Source of the DNA: Ancylonema sp.
Taxonomy: Eukaryota
Length of the DNA stretch: 64,000 nt
Reading direction: 5' to 3'
NCBI GenBank assembly: GCA_050230475.1
Contig: JBFLGF010000124.1
Span: forward strand, 1 to 64,000
Part shown: piece after piece, positions 1 to 11,900 of the stretch
How positions within the stretch are numbered: position 1 is the stretch's first letter
Layout of the letters: every line of letters starts with the position of its first letter
Position numbers and translations under genes: made by a program
Notes under the pieces: model-generated
Told to the model about the DNA's origin: nothing
The model's input: only the letters and a program-made list of their open reading frames with translations
Databases searched by the model: none

Positions 1-894
1 ACAGTGTCGTTCGTTACGGCAGCGGGGAAGATGTCAACGGGCCAACGTATGACAAGGGCGAAGCTGAGCTTCACACTGGCTGCTAGAATACGATATGAAA
101 CCACGTATGATGAAGTGGCATTTGTGGTGGACACTGAGTGTTATGATGTGCTATTGGGGATGGAGGTGATGGGTCCTATTGGAGGGGTGTATGACCCATG
201 GTAGAGGTGTTCACTTGGAGGGTGGACTACCAGCGATCAGCAATTGAAGGGGGGGGCAAGATCAAAGGGGTTCAGCCTGCTGAGGGAAGACAAAGGGAGG
301 AGGAGTACAAGGCCGTGCGCGCAACAGTGCCTATGTAGGCAATGGCGTTGGGGAGGATGCACAGGGAGTAGACAGGAGGGGTGCCGATGCAATCTGATCT
401 CTACACCTCGGATGCTTAGGAAGGGGAGTTTGAAGATGCAGATAGTGAGACATCGTATGAGTGGGAGGAGGTAGAGGAGGGAGATATGGGGGGGGGCGAG
501 AGTGAGAGGGTGGTGGAATTGGAGTGGGAAGGGGGTGCAAAATTTGACACTGCTCACTCTGCTGGAGCAGCTCGAGGAGCAGGCGACCCGGGGGTGGGAT
601 GTGGATGGGGAGATAGTTCGAGGGGTGGCACTCGATGAGGCCAACCTCTTGCTGGAGGAGGAGATGGGTGGGAAAAGTCCGAGGTTGGCTGAGGAGGGGT
701 ATGGGGGGGGTAATGGGGAAGCCCAGGAGAAATTCCAAGGCATGGCGGTAACATAACTGAGAGATAGCCCAAGGGAGGGGGGGCCAACCGCCCAACCGCG
801 CCTGGGGGGGGGGCAACCGCGGCTGGAGCGCCAACCGCAACACATGCTGGGATTGGGGATGGTGGGGGATATTCAAGACTGGGGAAGGCACGTG
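1..894 (+). mobile_element. Ty3/gypsy element fragment: C-terminal half of a retropepsin-like protease plus linker (5' part of the DNMT-bearing element)
   Basis: ORF 4..204 has FVTAAG...YDVLLGMEVMGPIGGVYDPW, which aligns with the protease at ~16.2-16.4 kb (FDILLGNDFWGPIRRYSDPW). Strongly G-rich sense strand continues into 1591-2760. Confidence 0.7.
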
Positions 895-1590
895 TGTAAC
901 GGATGGAGTGTTTACCCTAGCGGTTGCGGTAATTAATTAGGCGTCCGCCGATAAGAGTATTATCCGCTAGGCATTAATTACCTTTCCGCACTCGGTATAA
1001 CGGAGACTCGCTTATACCGAGGGCAGGCTTCGGGCGGTATCTCATGTATTGAATATGCCGCGCTAGTTCTGTGCGGGCTGTATTATTTAATACTATTAAA
1101 TATGAACGAAACGGCATGTTGGTCTGGGCGGCCTGGCACGGGGGCACCGTGCCGGCCAAAACTCTGTGATTGGCCCGGCCATGCCTAACGCGTGGGTTGC
1201 GCAGCGTGTCCGCGGGGACAACATATTCGCACCCATGGCTCTCCGGACAGCTGTTCGGTAGTAGGGCGTATACCCTAGCCATTAGTGACAGGGCGTGCAC
1301 CCTGATTGGCAATAAGGATATTCTTTATCCTATGTGGTAAGATCAGGTTTACTACTTGCACCACTAAACGTGCACGAGGACATTCCACGTCCTCGCAGGC
1401 AGATATTGGTAATGCCAGTGGCCTGTACACCCCCGGGTAGCTGAGGTTATGTTCAACATTCTGTGTTGAACATGCAGCTCAGTTTCAGGATCATGAGTTG
1501 ATCGCTGATTTCGGGTTCACTACCCGTCTACCTATTATTCACGCTTCCACTACGATAGATAACGGGCTGGGGAAGTTCCCAACCCTTACA
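895..1590. mobile_element. Solo LTR (~696 bp) inserted into the DNMT-bearing element
   Basis: Begins TGTAAC (895) and ends CCCTTACA (1590), giving TG...CA with TGTAA/TTACA inverted ends. Flanks ACGTG (890-894) and GCGTG (1591-1595) are a 5-bp TSD with one transition. Removal restores the reading QDWGRHV-SVVRRDP. Confidence 0.85.
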
Positions 1591-2760
1591 GCGTGAGTGT
1601 AGTGAGACGTGACCCCAAGGTGATAGTTGGGGGAGTGGTTGTGAAGAGCGCACATCAAAGTCAGCCCCAACCGCGGTTGGGGGAGCTGACTGGTGAGCCC
1701 AGTGAGGCCGATATGCGGGTGATAGTAGTGCAGCAAGCGGATGCGACAAGGCGAGCGGATGCTGCGTTGAGACTGTTAAAGGCGCGGGAGAGGATGCTGG
1801 GGAAGGCCAAGAAAGAGAGGTCCTGGAAATGGGAGGGGGCACCACAGAGGGGTGCAAACCCAATCAGCACCAAGGTGGTGAGTCTGAGGGAGGAAACAAC
1901 AGAGGAGGGAGGCCACATAGTGGAGCTGTTTAGTGGCATAGGATTGGGAGCCACGAGGGCAGCTTTGGCGGCGGATTTGAGACTGCGGCTGGTTTCGTGC
2001 GCCGAGAGAGACCCCATTTCCAACCGGATCAACGAGGGGGTGATCGAGAAGTTGATCCGGGAGTACCCGGGGGAGATCAATAGGAGAGCATTCATTGGCT
2101 GGGAGAAGCGGTTGCCAGAGGATGTGGGGCTGATCGGCGAGATGGCGCTGGTGAATCTGATTGCTCAGAACGGGGAGGTTGACATAGTGGGGGCTAGCTA
2201 GGAGTGCCAGAGCATCAGCCGGGGGGGCAGGGAGGAGGGGTACGCAGACAGACGGTTTTATTACTTCTACGACTTGGTGCGCATCCTCGCGTGGCTGCAG
2301 CACAATCAGGAGTGATCGCCAAGTTACTTCTTGAAGAACACCTACCCCGGGGAGTTGGCAAGGATGCCTGAATCAGTTAGAAGACTGCACGCTTGATAGA
2401 GTCCTTTATCGGGTTGGGGGTGGTGCTGGACGCGGGGGGGTTGGAGGCAGCCAACCACAGGCTACGCTACTTTTGGACGAACGCCATGGACCGGGACGAG
2501 CTGCAAGAGGCAATTCCACAAAATTTGCAGCCGAGTCCACCACCGAGAGAGATTCTGAGGGAGTATCGCATTCCGAAGGCACTTGCCTTCACAGAATTCC
2601 CACTCAGGTTGTGAGGAACGTCCGGGGAGGGGAGAGAATCCTGATGCCGACAATCGTCAGATTTCAGGGGAGCTATGCTTTCAGAACCGAGGAGGATGGC
2701 AGCCGAGGGGAGGGGCAGGTGTACAACACCAACACCCACAAGTGGGAAGAGCCAGATGTG
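1591..2760 (+). pseudogene. Retrotransposon-encoded C5 cytosine DNA methyltransferase domain (decayed)
   Basis: Motif I ELFSGIG (~1923-1943). Motif IV DIVGAS[W>stop]ECQSIS (~2181-2219). Motif VI YFL[K for E]NT (~2325-2342). Motif VIII NHRLRYFWTN (~2453-2482). Ends at WEEPDV, just before motif IX. Several in-frame stops. Confidence 0.85.
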
Positions 2761-2772
2761 GGTCATCACACT

Positions 2773-3105
2773 TCATTTGTCTTTGTCGGGCCGAATACCA
2801 TCGGGACCGACTTCATGCCCTAAATAGATAAGCTTCTCTTGCATGAAGGTACATTTCTTTTTCTTGGCATATAACTTATACTTGCGCAGGACCGACAAAG
2901 CGTGTCGAACATGCTCAATATGTTCTTCTTCCGCCTTGGAAAAGATAAGTATATCATACTTATACCAGATATACCAAAACGAACCGATCATCGGTCGGAA
3001 GATGTCGTTCATAGTTGCTTGAAAGGTAGCCGGGACATTCGTCATTCCGAAAGACAAGACCTTAAACTCATAGTGACCCATCGGCGTGCAAAACGCGGTC
3101 TGCAA
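2773..3105 (-). mobile_element. Ty3/gypsy reverse transcriptase fragment
   Basis: TAFCTPMGHYEFKVLSFGMTNVPATFQ...DILIFSK...EEHIEHV...KCTF...YLGH. Confidence 0.9.
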
Positions 3106-3198
3106 TGGAAGTAGGGAGGTCGGAAGTGGGTGCACACACTTCTCGGGCCTTACCCATCCCGGTTGTTGCTTTTGGGTCAAGTTTGACTCTGGTGGCGA

Positions 3199-3392
3199 TG
3201 ACGTGCTGTTTAGAGTCGGCCGCTCGGAATGATATTCTTCGTACTTTGACTTCTTGTTCCCGTATGTTTCTCATAATGATGACTGTGGTAATGCTCGTGG
3301 TTGAGTAATGATGATGTTGACTAAGTTGGTATCGATGTCGTTCGAAGGTGATCGAAGGTTCTCAGGTGGAGTTGGTGGTCTAGCTGCACTCA
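3199..3392 (-). repeat. Short LTR (~194 bp), family A, downstream copy
   Basis: Near-identical direct repeat of 4555-4748. On the minus strand it reads TGAGTGCAGC...CCGACTCTAAACAGCACGTCA (TG...CA). Confidence 0.75.
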
Positions 3393-4552
3393 CTAAGTAG
3401 AATCGCAGAATGAGTCTCTGCTGAGATATCAATATTATATATATCACACGTTTCAGCGGTCTAGTGAAATTCACTACTTAACGCCGAGGGCGAGCTAACA
3501 TATGGTCTATAGTACAAAAGTATGTGAAAATACTATAAAGCAAACAATATATTCTGGAGCACACTATCGAGGTTAGCACCTGTAAGAGTTACTTTCGGTG
3601 CGAAAGCAAAGTATCGACGGCGCGTCGATAAAAGATGGTGGCTCAGAAAAAGCGTCAGCAGACAGGTGTTTACAACAAATGCTAGCTCGGAGCGAGCGAC
3701 AGCAAACACACACACACACATACAAATGAAAGTGCCGGTTCGGAGCGAACGCAGGCAAATCGACAGATATAAAAAACAAATACACACGCTTGCTTGCTCA
3801 GAGAGAGCGTCAGCGAATCGATGTAAGAAATTACAATCGATTAACAAGCTGGCTCAGAAAGAGCGTCAGCAACCGATTCAAATGAATCATATAAAAAGAC
3901 ACACACACACAGATTGCAAAGAATGATTTGCAATCTTACCGGCTGGCTGACGGATGTCAGGCTGAGTCGGAAGACGAGCACGTTGCGAATCGCGTAAACG
4001 AAGGAATGCAATATTCAGAGAATTGCGAAGGATTCAGATAACAGAGACGATTGTTGAAGGGATTTCTTAACAGCGCAATCTGACAGCGGAAGCTGGCAAA
4101 TCTGGAAGTACAAAAAAAAAAAATCACAAAAGTTGTTGCGCGGTGCTAACTGGCATAGTTAACTAGAGTTAGTCTATCGAAGATCACGACAGGCTGGCTT
4201 CTAGAAACATTACAATTCATCTCGGCGCTCCGATGAAAGCGGCGCGAAATAATACTCTAAATCTACGGCTGGATTTATTCGCCGGGATTATCGACAAGTC
4301 GAAAGTGACTTGTAATTTTAACAAAATCGACACGCAGCTATTTATTGAAGAGTGCTGGATTCTAAAGTTCGGAAAATACGCCACGCGTTATTTTCAAGTC
4401 GTACGAATTTCGTACTTCACTATTTTTCTAGCAAAGTACTGATTATAGAAAATCGTTATATCGAATACTCTTGTTATAGCATAGTATTAATCTAAAGAGG
4501 TTTCTGATCAATCTAGAGGAGTTTCGCCTTAGCGATCTCTAGCGTCATGACA
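3393..4552 (-). mobile_element. Family A long non-coding leader (putative 5' UTR)
   Basis: Homologous to 12488-13635 (+). Shared blocks include TGTCATGACGCTAGAGATCG, AAATAACGCGTGGCGTATTTT, CCAGCCGTAGA, AGCTTCCGCTGTCAGATTGCG and CTCGCCCTCGGCGT. Confidence 0.75.
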
Positions 4553-4554
4553 GT

Positions 4555-4748
4555 TGACGTGCTGTTTGGAGTCGGCCGCCCGGAATGATATTCTTCGTAC
4601 GTTGACTTCTTGTTCCCGTATGTTTCTCGGAATGATGATTGTGGTAATGCTCGTGGTTGAGTAATGATGATGTTGACTGAGTTGGTATCGATGTCGTTCG
4701 AAGGTGATCGAAGGTTCTCAGGTGGAGTTGGTGGTCTGGCTGCTCTCA
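4555..4748 (-). repeat. Short LTR (~194 bp), family A, preceded by a polypurine tract
   Basis: Minus strand reads GGGGTGGGGAG (PPT, 4759-4749), then TGAGAGCAGCC...CCGACTCCAAACAGCACGTCA. Confidence 0.75.
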
Positions 4749-4791
4749 CTCCCCACCCCGAGCTGTGGAACGCTTGTGAAGGAGCTGGGAA

Positions 4792-5442
4792 CTAGCAGCA
4801 GACGAGGTTGTGTAAGAACATGACAAAAGTGTGCCGTGGTTGAGTGTCAGAAATGGAAGGTAAAGGTAAGCCAGAATCACCAGTAGACGGTAATTGTGTG
4901 CTTAATAAAGCAAACAATGCATCAGGGTCAGGTGCCGATCCCTGTGCATGTGTAGGAATGGTAGAATCATCCAAATAAGTAAAAATGGAATGGTCATAAT
5001 CCGGGGAAGATGGTACTTCTAGTAAGTCTGGTAGACTATCGGGTGTACTGAGAGAATCCGAGAGTGTGGATTGCGAGGTAGAGTATGGTGATAAGGAAAA
5101 ATGTAGTTGTATAGGTGGTACTGCGGATGGTTCCGATGGTTTGTGGTTGAGGAAATAGAAATCTTCATGCTGTTTGTGATGGTGTTTCCTCGTTTGGTAA
5201 GAGGCAGCATGGGATGTAGGTTGAGATTGTCGTCTTGGGTTATTGGATATCCAAGTGATGTTTGGTCGTTCGGGGATGGTTGAGGACTGATTCTGAGTGT
5301 TACGTTGTTGGCTAGGTAAGGACCGGAGACCAGAATTTCGTGGACCAGAAGGATCAAGTTTGACCAGTGTGTTTTTAGGCCTTAGTTTGCTTTGTTTGGT
5401 TGAATTTAAGGACCGTGGTCGTGGACCGGGGTTCGATACCAT
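4792..5442 (-). other. Low-complexity S/P/Q-rich ORF between the pseudo-DNMT and the PPT/LTR
   Basis: 216-aa ORF with no recognisable domain; no RT or integrase motifs in 5640-4749. Confidence 0.35.
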
Positions 5443-5646
5443 GTTAGGTCCTAAATTGGTGGTTTGACTTTTGGCTCTATTGGTTTTGCCAGTAGTTTGA
5501 TCGTGAATCTTGACTTTAGATTTGGATTTGGTCCGTCCATGTGATGTAAGAGGATTGGTTGAAATTGGTTGACCAGAGGATCTAGTGTCCCTCCCCCCCA
5601 GAGTCGAGGTTGGTAAATATCTTTGTTCCGAGGTGAGGGGTGATCC

Positions 5647-6324
5647 CTATGGTTTGGTGCCTTGCACGATTTCCGCCAGGAACATGATGGCGAGGAACAT
5701 GATGAGTCGTCCGTCCATCATGTGGCCCAGGTGAAAGGCGCGCATGGCGTCGGTGATTCGACCATGAGCTGTGTATCCCACCGGTCGTCCCAGGGCTTGC
5801 TCGATCTCGAATGGCGAAGGAGATGGTGCATCAAACATCATCCCGATGCCGGGTCGTCCATCCGATCGCAGTGTATAGTCACTTGTCCAGAGGTAAGGAC
5901 TCAAGGTGGGGAACACAACTTGGCGGTTGCGCATGCGGTTGAGTTTGTGATTCACCAGGTCGGGAAGAGTCAAGATTTGTGCCATGTGCCCTGGTTGCAG
6001 AATGTTTTGCTGCGGCTCCCGAGTCTGTCACGTAGGTTGCGCCAATTCCACCTCGCGTGGTGTGATGAAATTGGTCCACACCTGGGTTGGGCGATGTACA
6101 TGGCCTGCGAACTAAAGCGGTTGAAGCTCGGCAGCGTTGCCCAGGAATGCACGAGCCACGTTATACACGTCGTCCACCCAAGGAGGGTACTCGGGTGTGC
6201 CAATGTGGGTGTAGAAAATGTGCAGAGGGTCGAATTTTGCGAGCTGGGCGCTGTAATGTATCCACTTGATGACAGCGAGGAGTGGAGCGAGGCGATGGTC
6301 TTGGCTACCGCGCAGAGGGATGTA
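5647..6324 (-). pseudogene. DNMT-fold pseudo-methyltransferase, C-terminal half (copy 1)
   Basis: LRGSQDHRLAPLLAVIKWIH...HIFYTHIGTPEYPPW...ARAFLG...AGHVHRPTQVWTNFITPRE...VFPTLSPYL...PSPFEIEQALGRPVGYT...FHLGHMMD (motif IX/X-like). Collinear with the 23301-24816 protein. Confidence 0.7.
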
Positions 6325-6780
6325 TGTTACGACCTTCACCGGTGTGTACTTTCAACGACTTCACAACCGGGCCATAAAAGGCACAATGTCCAAGATGGGA
6401 CTTCGACAGGACAGATACAATATATACTAAGATCCCTGACAATATCCCACCCGCAGGGGGTTCGCGTCCCGAGAACCCCCAGCACCCCCAGAATGACCGG
6501 AGCTAATGTTCCGCGCCACGGGCACCCTCTTCCCGAGGGTGCACCCCGTATGTGAACGCGGGCCGGTCAATATATAATTTTTTAACCCCCACGGAAAATC
6601 CGTGTGAGCGAGAAAGTGGAGGAGACGGGATTCGAACCACCGCCCACCAATAATCTTGGACATTCTGTTACGACCGTCGCCGGTCTCTACTTTCAACGAC
6701 TTCACAACCGGGCCATAAAAGGCACAATCTCCAAGATGGGATTGGGACAGCACAGATACAATATATACCGAGTTCCACAC
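6325..6780 (-). mobile_element. TRIM-like mini element with ~115-bp terminal direct repeats
   Basis: Direct repeats 6325-6441 and 6666-~6780 (TGTTACGACC...CAGATACAATATATAC). Minus-strand PPT-like GGGTGGGATAT precedes 6441. Internal hairpins and a tRNA 3'-end-like segment at 6617-6638. No TSD found. Confidence 0.6.
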
Positions 6781-6781
6781 T

Positions 6782-8928
6782 GATACTATCGACTTCCTAG
6801 GCTACCGGGTATCCCTAGCCGGCGTGGGTATGGACCCCGAGAAGGTGGCATCTCTCCTTGACTGGCCAATACCCAAGTCAGTCAAGGAGGTCCAGTCCTT
6901 TCTCGGCTTCGCTAACTTCTACAAACGCTTCATCGATGGTTACTCTACGGTGGCGTGCCCCCTTACCTCCCTGACCCGAAAGGGGGCAAAGTTCGGCGTT
7001 CGGCTGGACGCCTGAGGCGGAGGCGGCTTTCCAATCCCTCAAGCTGGCCCAGCCCGAGTCCTGCAACACTTCCAACCCCTGCAACCACTTACCATCGAAG
7101 CAGACGCCTCAGACTTCGGCCTCGGCTGCGTCTTGTCGCAGCCAAACCCAGGTGGCGAGCTCCACCCCATCGCGTATTACTCGAGGAAGTTCAACCCGGC
7201 CGAACTGAACTACCTCATCTACGATAAGGAGCTGCTAGCCATCGTGGTTGCCTTCCGCCAGTGGCGAGTCTACCTGGAGGGCGCGGCCCACCCTATCGTC
7301 GTCTACACCGACCATAAAAACCTGGAATACTTCCAAGCCGCTCGAACTACCTCTCGCCGACACGCTCGGTGGGCCGAGACGCTGGCAGCCTACGACTTCA
7401 CTATAGTCTACAGAAAAGGGTCCAGCAATGGCAAGCCGGATGCCCTTTCCCGCAGATCTGACTACTTGCTGCCAGCCACATCCCCCCACCCAGTCCTACC
7501 CCCCCCCGCTCTCCTCCTAGTTCCCCCCGTGCGAGGTGCGGCTATCCTTCTGGCACCTAACGACCCCATCCTCCCAGACATTCGAGCTGCCCAGCTAGCC
7601 GACCCAACCCTACACGCTATCGCTACTTCCCCACAACCCGGACCCGCTCGGGAAATCCAACCCGAGTCGCACTGCAGGCGAGTCCCAATTTCTCTACATC
7701 CTCCGAGACGGCCCCCAATTCCCCTACACCCTCCGAGACGGCCTTCTCTACCATGGCAGCCGCCTCGGAATTCCCCCTACCGCTGCAGACCTTATCCTAT
7801 CTATCCTAACCGAGTACCACGACGCACCTATGGCAGGCCACTTCGGCACTGCCCGCACGCACGCGCTGGTGGCGCAGTACTAGGAGTACGTTCGCACGTG
7901 CGACGTCTGCGCCCGGAACAAGCTGGTGCGCCATGCGCCTTACGGACGGCGGTCCCCCTTACCTATCCCTACCCAACCTTGGTCTTGTGTCTCCCTAGAG
8001 TGGATCACTGACCTTCCCCCTAGCGACTACCACGATGCAATTCTGGTGGTCGTCGACCGGCTGACGAAGCAAGCCTACTTCCTCCCTACCACCAAGGCTA
8101 TGGTGGCTCCTCAGGTCGCAGCGACTTTCGTGCAGCAGGTGGTGCGCTTGCATGGGTTGCCCAGCAGCCTCATGAGCGAGCGTGACCCCATCTTCATCAG
8201 CCACTTTTGGCGCCGGCTATTAAAGCTGCTAGGCATCCGGGCCAACCGCTCCACTGCTTTTCACCCGCAAACGGACGGGTAGACGGAGCGCCTGACTTCG
8301 GTCCTGGAGCAATACCTCCGCATCTACACCGATTACCAACAATCCGATTGGTCCAAAATTTTGCCGCTGGCGGAGTTCGCTTATAACAACTCGAAGCACT
8401 CCGCCACCTCTCCCCGTTTTTTGCCAACTACGGCTTCCACCCGCAGATGTCGGTGCTCCCACCCTCCCCCAATTCCCCCAACCCCGCAGCCGACGATTAC
8501 GTCAAAACGATCCACGACACCAAAGATTTCCTCCGGTCAGCGCTTCGAAAATCCTAGCGGGCGATAGAAACTTCGGCCAATCGGAAGCGCAAATCGGCTT
8601 CGATATTTGTCCCTGGTCAAAAAAGTATGGTTGTCCCGTCACCACGTCGGATCCACTCGTCTTTCCTCGAAACTCGATGTCCGTCGCCTGGGTCCATTCT
8701 TTGTGATTGGCCAGATCGGAACCTCGTCTTATCGCTTGGAGTTGCCGTCCTCCCTGAAAATCCACCCCGTCTTCCACGTCAGCCTCCTGGAGCCGCACAA
8801 TCCCAACACGTTCCCAGGTCGTGTCGTGGCGCCCCCTCCTCCGGTCGTTGTGGACGGCGCGCCACAACATGAGGTGGCCACAATTCTGGATTCCAAGATC
8901 GTGCGGGGCCAGCTCTTTTACCTCGTCG
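6782..8928 (+). mobile_element. Chromovirus (Ty3/gypsy) pol fragment: RT end, RNase H, integrase, start of chromodomain
   Basis: [95 protein letters not shown]...LFYLV. Frameshifted. Closely related to the element at 17601-23269. Confidence 0.93.
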
Positions 8929-11900
8929 TTGGGAAGAAGCAAACGTCTAGGAACGGGAACGACTCATGGGATTGACAACGGCGATACATGTGCTCCACGA
9001 ATCACGGAAGACCAACATAAAGTTATGTTGGGCAGAACTATGGATCGCAACATGGCCAAATGGCTAGGAGGCATGATTATGGCTACTCATGCAATACCAT
9101 CATACAACCTACCATAGGAATCGAACCCCAATCTTTTCAACCAATGATAGGGGGGGGGGCAACTACCAAATACCAGAGGCATATCATACACTTCACTATG
9201 ATAACCAAACATCAGAATTTTACCCCAACCATGACTATGCACACATTGTACCAGACAATGAACCACAACTTCGGAACCAGGCTATCTCCATGTTAGGCAC
9301 TAGTATTTGAAACTGATTATCAATATACCACGGTTACAGATGATAATGTCATCTCTCAACCTCATGACATCAATCCTACCACAGAGATTGAACTAATTAC
9401 ATGGAAGATAGGCAATAACTTGATAGAGGATCAAAAACTTCAAGTTATTGAACCACTCGAGGAAAATAGAAATGTATTCGCATTCTCTTTAGAAGAACTA
9501 CTACTTTCTAGCAATACACTTATGGAAATACCACTCCAAACTACACATCCAATTTTCCAAAACTCACACCGCCTGTTTGAAACAGAATGGGGATTTATGC
9601 GCGGCAACTGTCAAAAACTTCTGGAACTTGGTATGATCCGGAAGAGCGATAGCAACCATTACGCTTCCGCCACAGTCGTTGTTCGCAAAAAGGATGAAGA
9701 AGGCAACTACAGAGACTATCGTCAATGTGGAGATTACCGCCCTATCAACAACCAAACACAACAGGACAGATATCAATTACCACGCATTGAGGACATTTTT
9801 ATTGATATGAAGGATGCTCAGATCTTTTACAAATTGGACTTACGGCAAGGGTACCACCAAATACCAATCGCTGATGAAGACAAATGTAAAACTGCATTTT
9901 GGGGAGTAGACCCTCAACTATATGAATGGAATGTTGTACCATATGGATTGAAAGCCGCACCTCCTTTCTTCCAACGCATTATGGATCGCATCTTAGCTGG
10001 TCTTCGCAACTCCCGGTGCTAAATTGATGACATTAGCAACTGGAGCAGCACTTTCGACGACCACATTCAACATTTGCGTTAGGTGTTTCACCGCCTGCGA
10101 CAATTCAAACTCAAATGTCATCCAGGCAAATATTCATTCTTTGCAGATGAGATTGACTTCTTGGGACATAAGATCTCAGGTAAAGGTACTGCACCACAAG
10201 ATGAGAAAATCAGAGCAATCCAGGATATGCCTGCACCCAAGGATATTCATCAACTACGAGCAGCCTTGGGACTATTTTCTTACTACCGAAAATTTGTACC
10301 ACACTTTTCCAGTATTGCTTCACCACTCAATGGACTTCTCAAAGGTGATGTCAAATGGCACTGGGATGACCCTCAAGATACTGCATTCAAATAACTAAAA
10401 AACAAGCTTTGCTCTGAACCTGTCCTTATACGACCTGATAATAACTTACCATACATTCTGGCTACCGATTGGAGTGCTCATGGATTAGGTGCGGTACTCG
10501 GTCAGGTTGATAACGAAGGACAAGACTATGCAGTCGCATTTTCAAGCCGCAGTTGCAACAACGCAGAGAAAAACTACATTAGCTTCCATGGAGAGTGTCT
10601 TGCAGTCATTTGGGCAGCACAACACTTCAGACAATTCTTGTTTGGCAAACCATTTACCTTGATCACTGACCATGCTCCACTCAAATGGATTATGACTACT
10701 ACAAAACTTACGGGCGAATTGGCACGCTGGGCACTCCTACTCCAAGAATACGAATTCCAAGTTATTCACCGCCCCGACATTGCAAACTGTAACGCGGATA
10801 GATGCAGCCGATGTCCACTACCTGAAACCACCACAGACAACCATGAGAATGAGACACTGGGAGAGAAAACACCATGTTATTACTTCCAGACATCCCCAAC
10901 TCTTCAAGTATCACCATCATACTACCTCAGTTACCACCAGGATACACCACAACCTGAAGACCTCAAAGTTGACATTTGGGATGATAATGCTACCATGACA
11001 TTACTCAAAACCCACCAATACATACCAACTCTGAACCAACAACAAAAGAATCGGGCATACCGCAGAGCACTCAAATACCGCTGGATGGGGAAATATGTAT
11101 ACAAAATTCCCCACACTGGACATTTGAAAATTGTACCTCCACCACCAGAAAGATTACCATTGATCAAATACCATGCACACTCGTTATGGTCATTTTGGTG
11201 TCAAACGAGTACTTCATGCACATCAACAAGACTATTGGTGGCACGGACTGGGTGACCAAGTCATTCAGTGTATCAAAGACTGTGTCAACTATTCTCGCTC
11301 GAAAGGGACATTTGCAGAAGGAAGAACACAACTACAACCTCTGCCTATACGTGGACTATTTTACCGCTGGGGAGTCGACTTCGCAGGACCACTACCCACA
11401 TCCACAAATGGCAATATCTATGTCATGATCTGTGTTTAACACTTCACTAAATGGGTGGAACTCATTCCACTCAAGGATAAATGTGCCAAATCTGCAGCCA
11501 ACGCACTATTATACAATGTTCTTTCCAGATTTGGTGCACCAGTAGAAATCCTCACCGATCAAGGAGCAGAATTTGAAGGTTCCTTCACCAGTTTACTAGC
11601 TAGACACAACATCACACACCGCAGTGCAGCCAGAGAACATCCACAAACAGATGGATTAGCTAAACGCATGGTACAAACCATGAAACTTTCTCTACGCAAA
11701 ATACTACTCAAAGAACACCGCACAGACTGGGATCTGTATCTACCATACGTAGCCATGGGTTACCGCATGACCAAACAAGCCTCTACCGGCTACTCACCAT
11801 GCTATTTACTATATGGACGACACCCCATCTTTCAAGCTCAAATCCAACAAGCTGAGAATGACCCTTCACCCGACGCACTACGTGACTTACCACAATTCAT

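Noticed and set aside
5662..6555. 297-aa plus-strand ORF
   Set aside because: Antisense to the pseudo-DNMT and spans a TE junction; no recognisable motifs.
6617..6638. tRNA gene
   Set aside because: Only a T-arm/acceptor-like 3' piece; no D-arm or anticodon arm seen.
2740..8960. Idea that the DNMT ending WEEPDV (2760) and the one starting WEEANV (8930) are halves of one gene
   Set aside because: The motif is present twice with different sequence, there is no TSD, and base composition differs sharply (G-rich versus A/C-rich).
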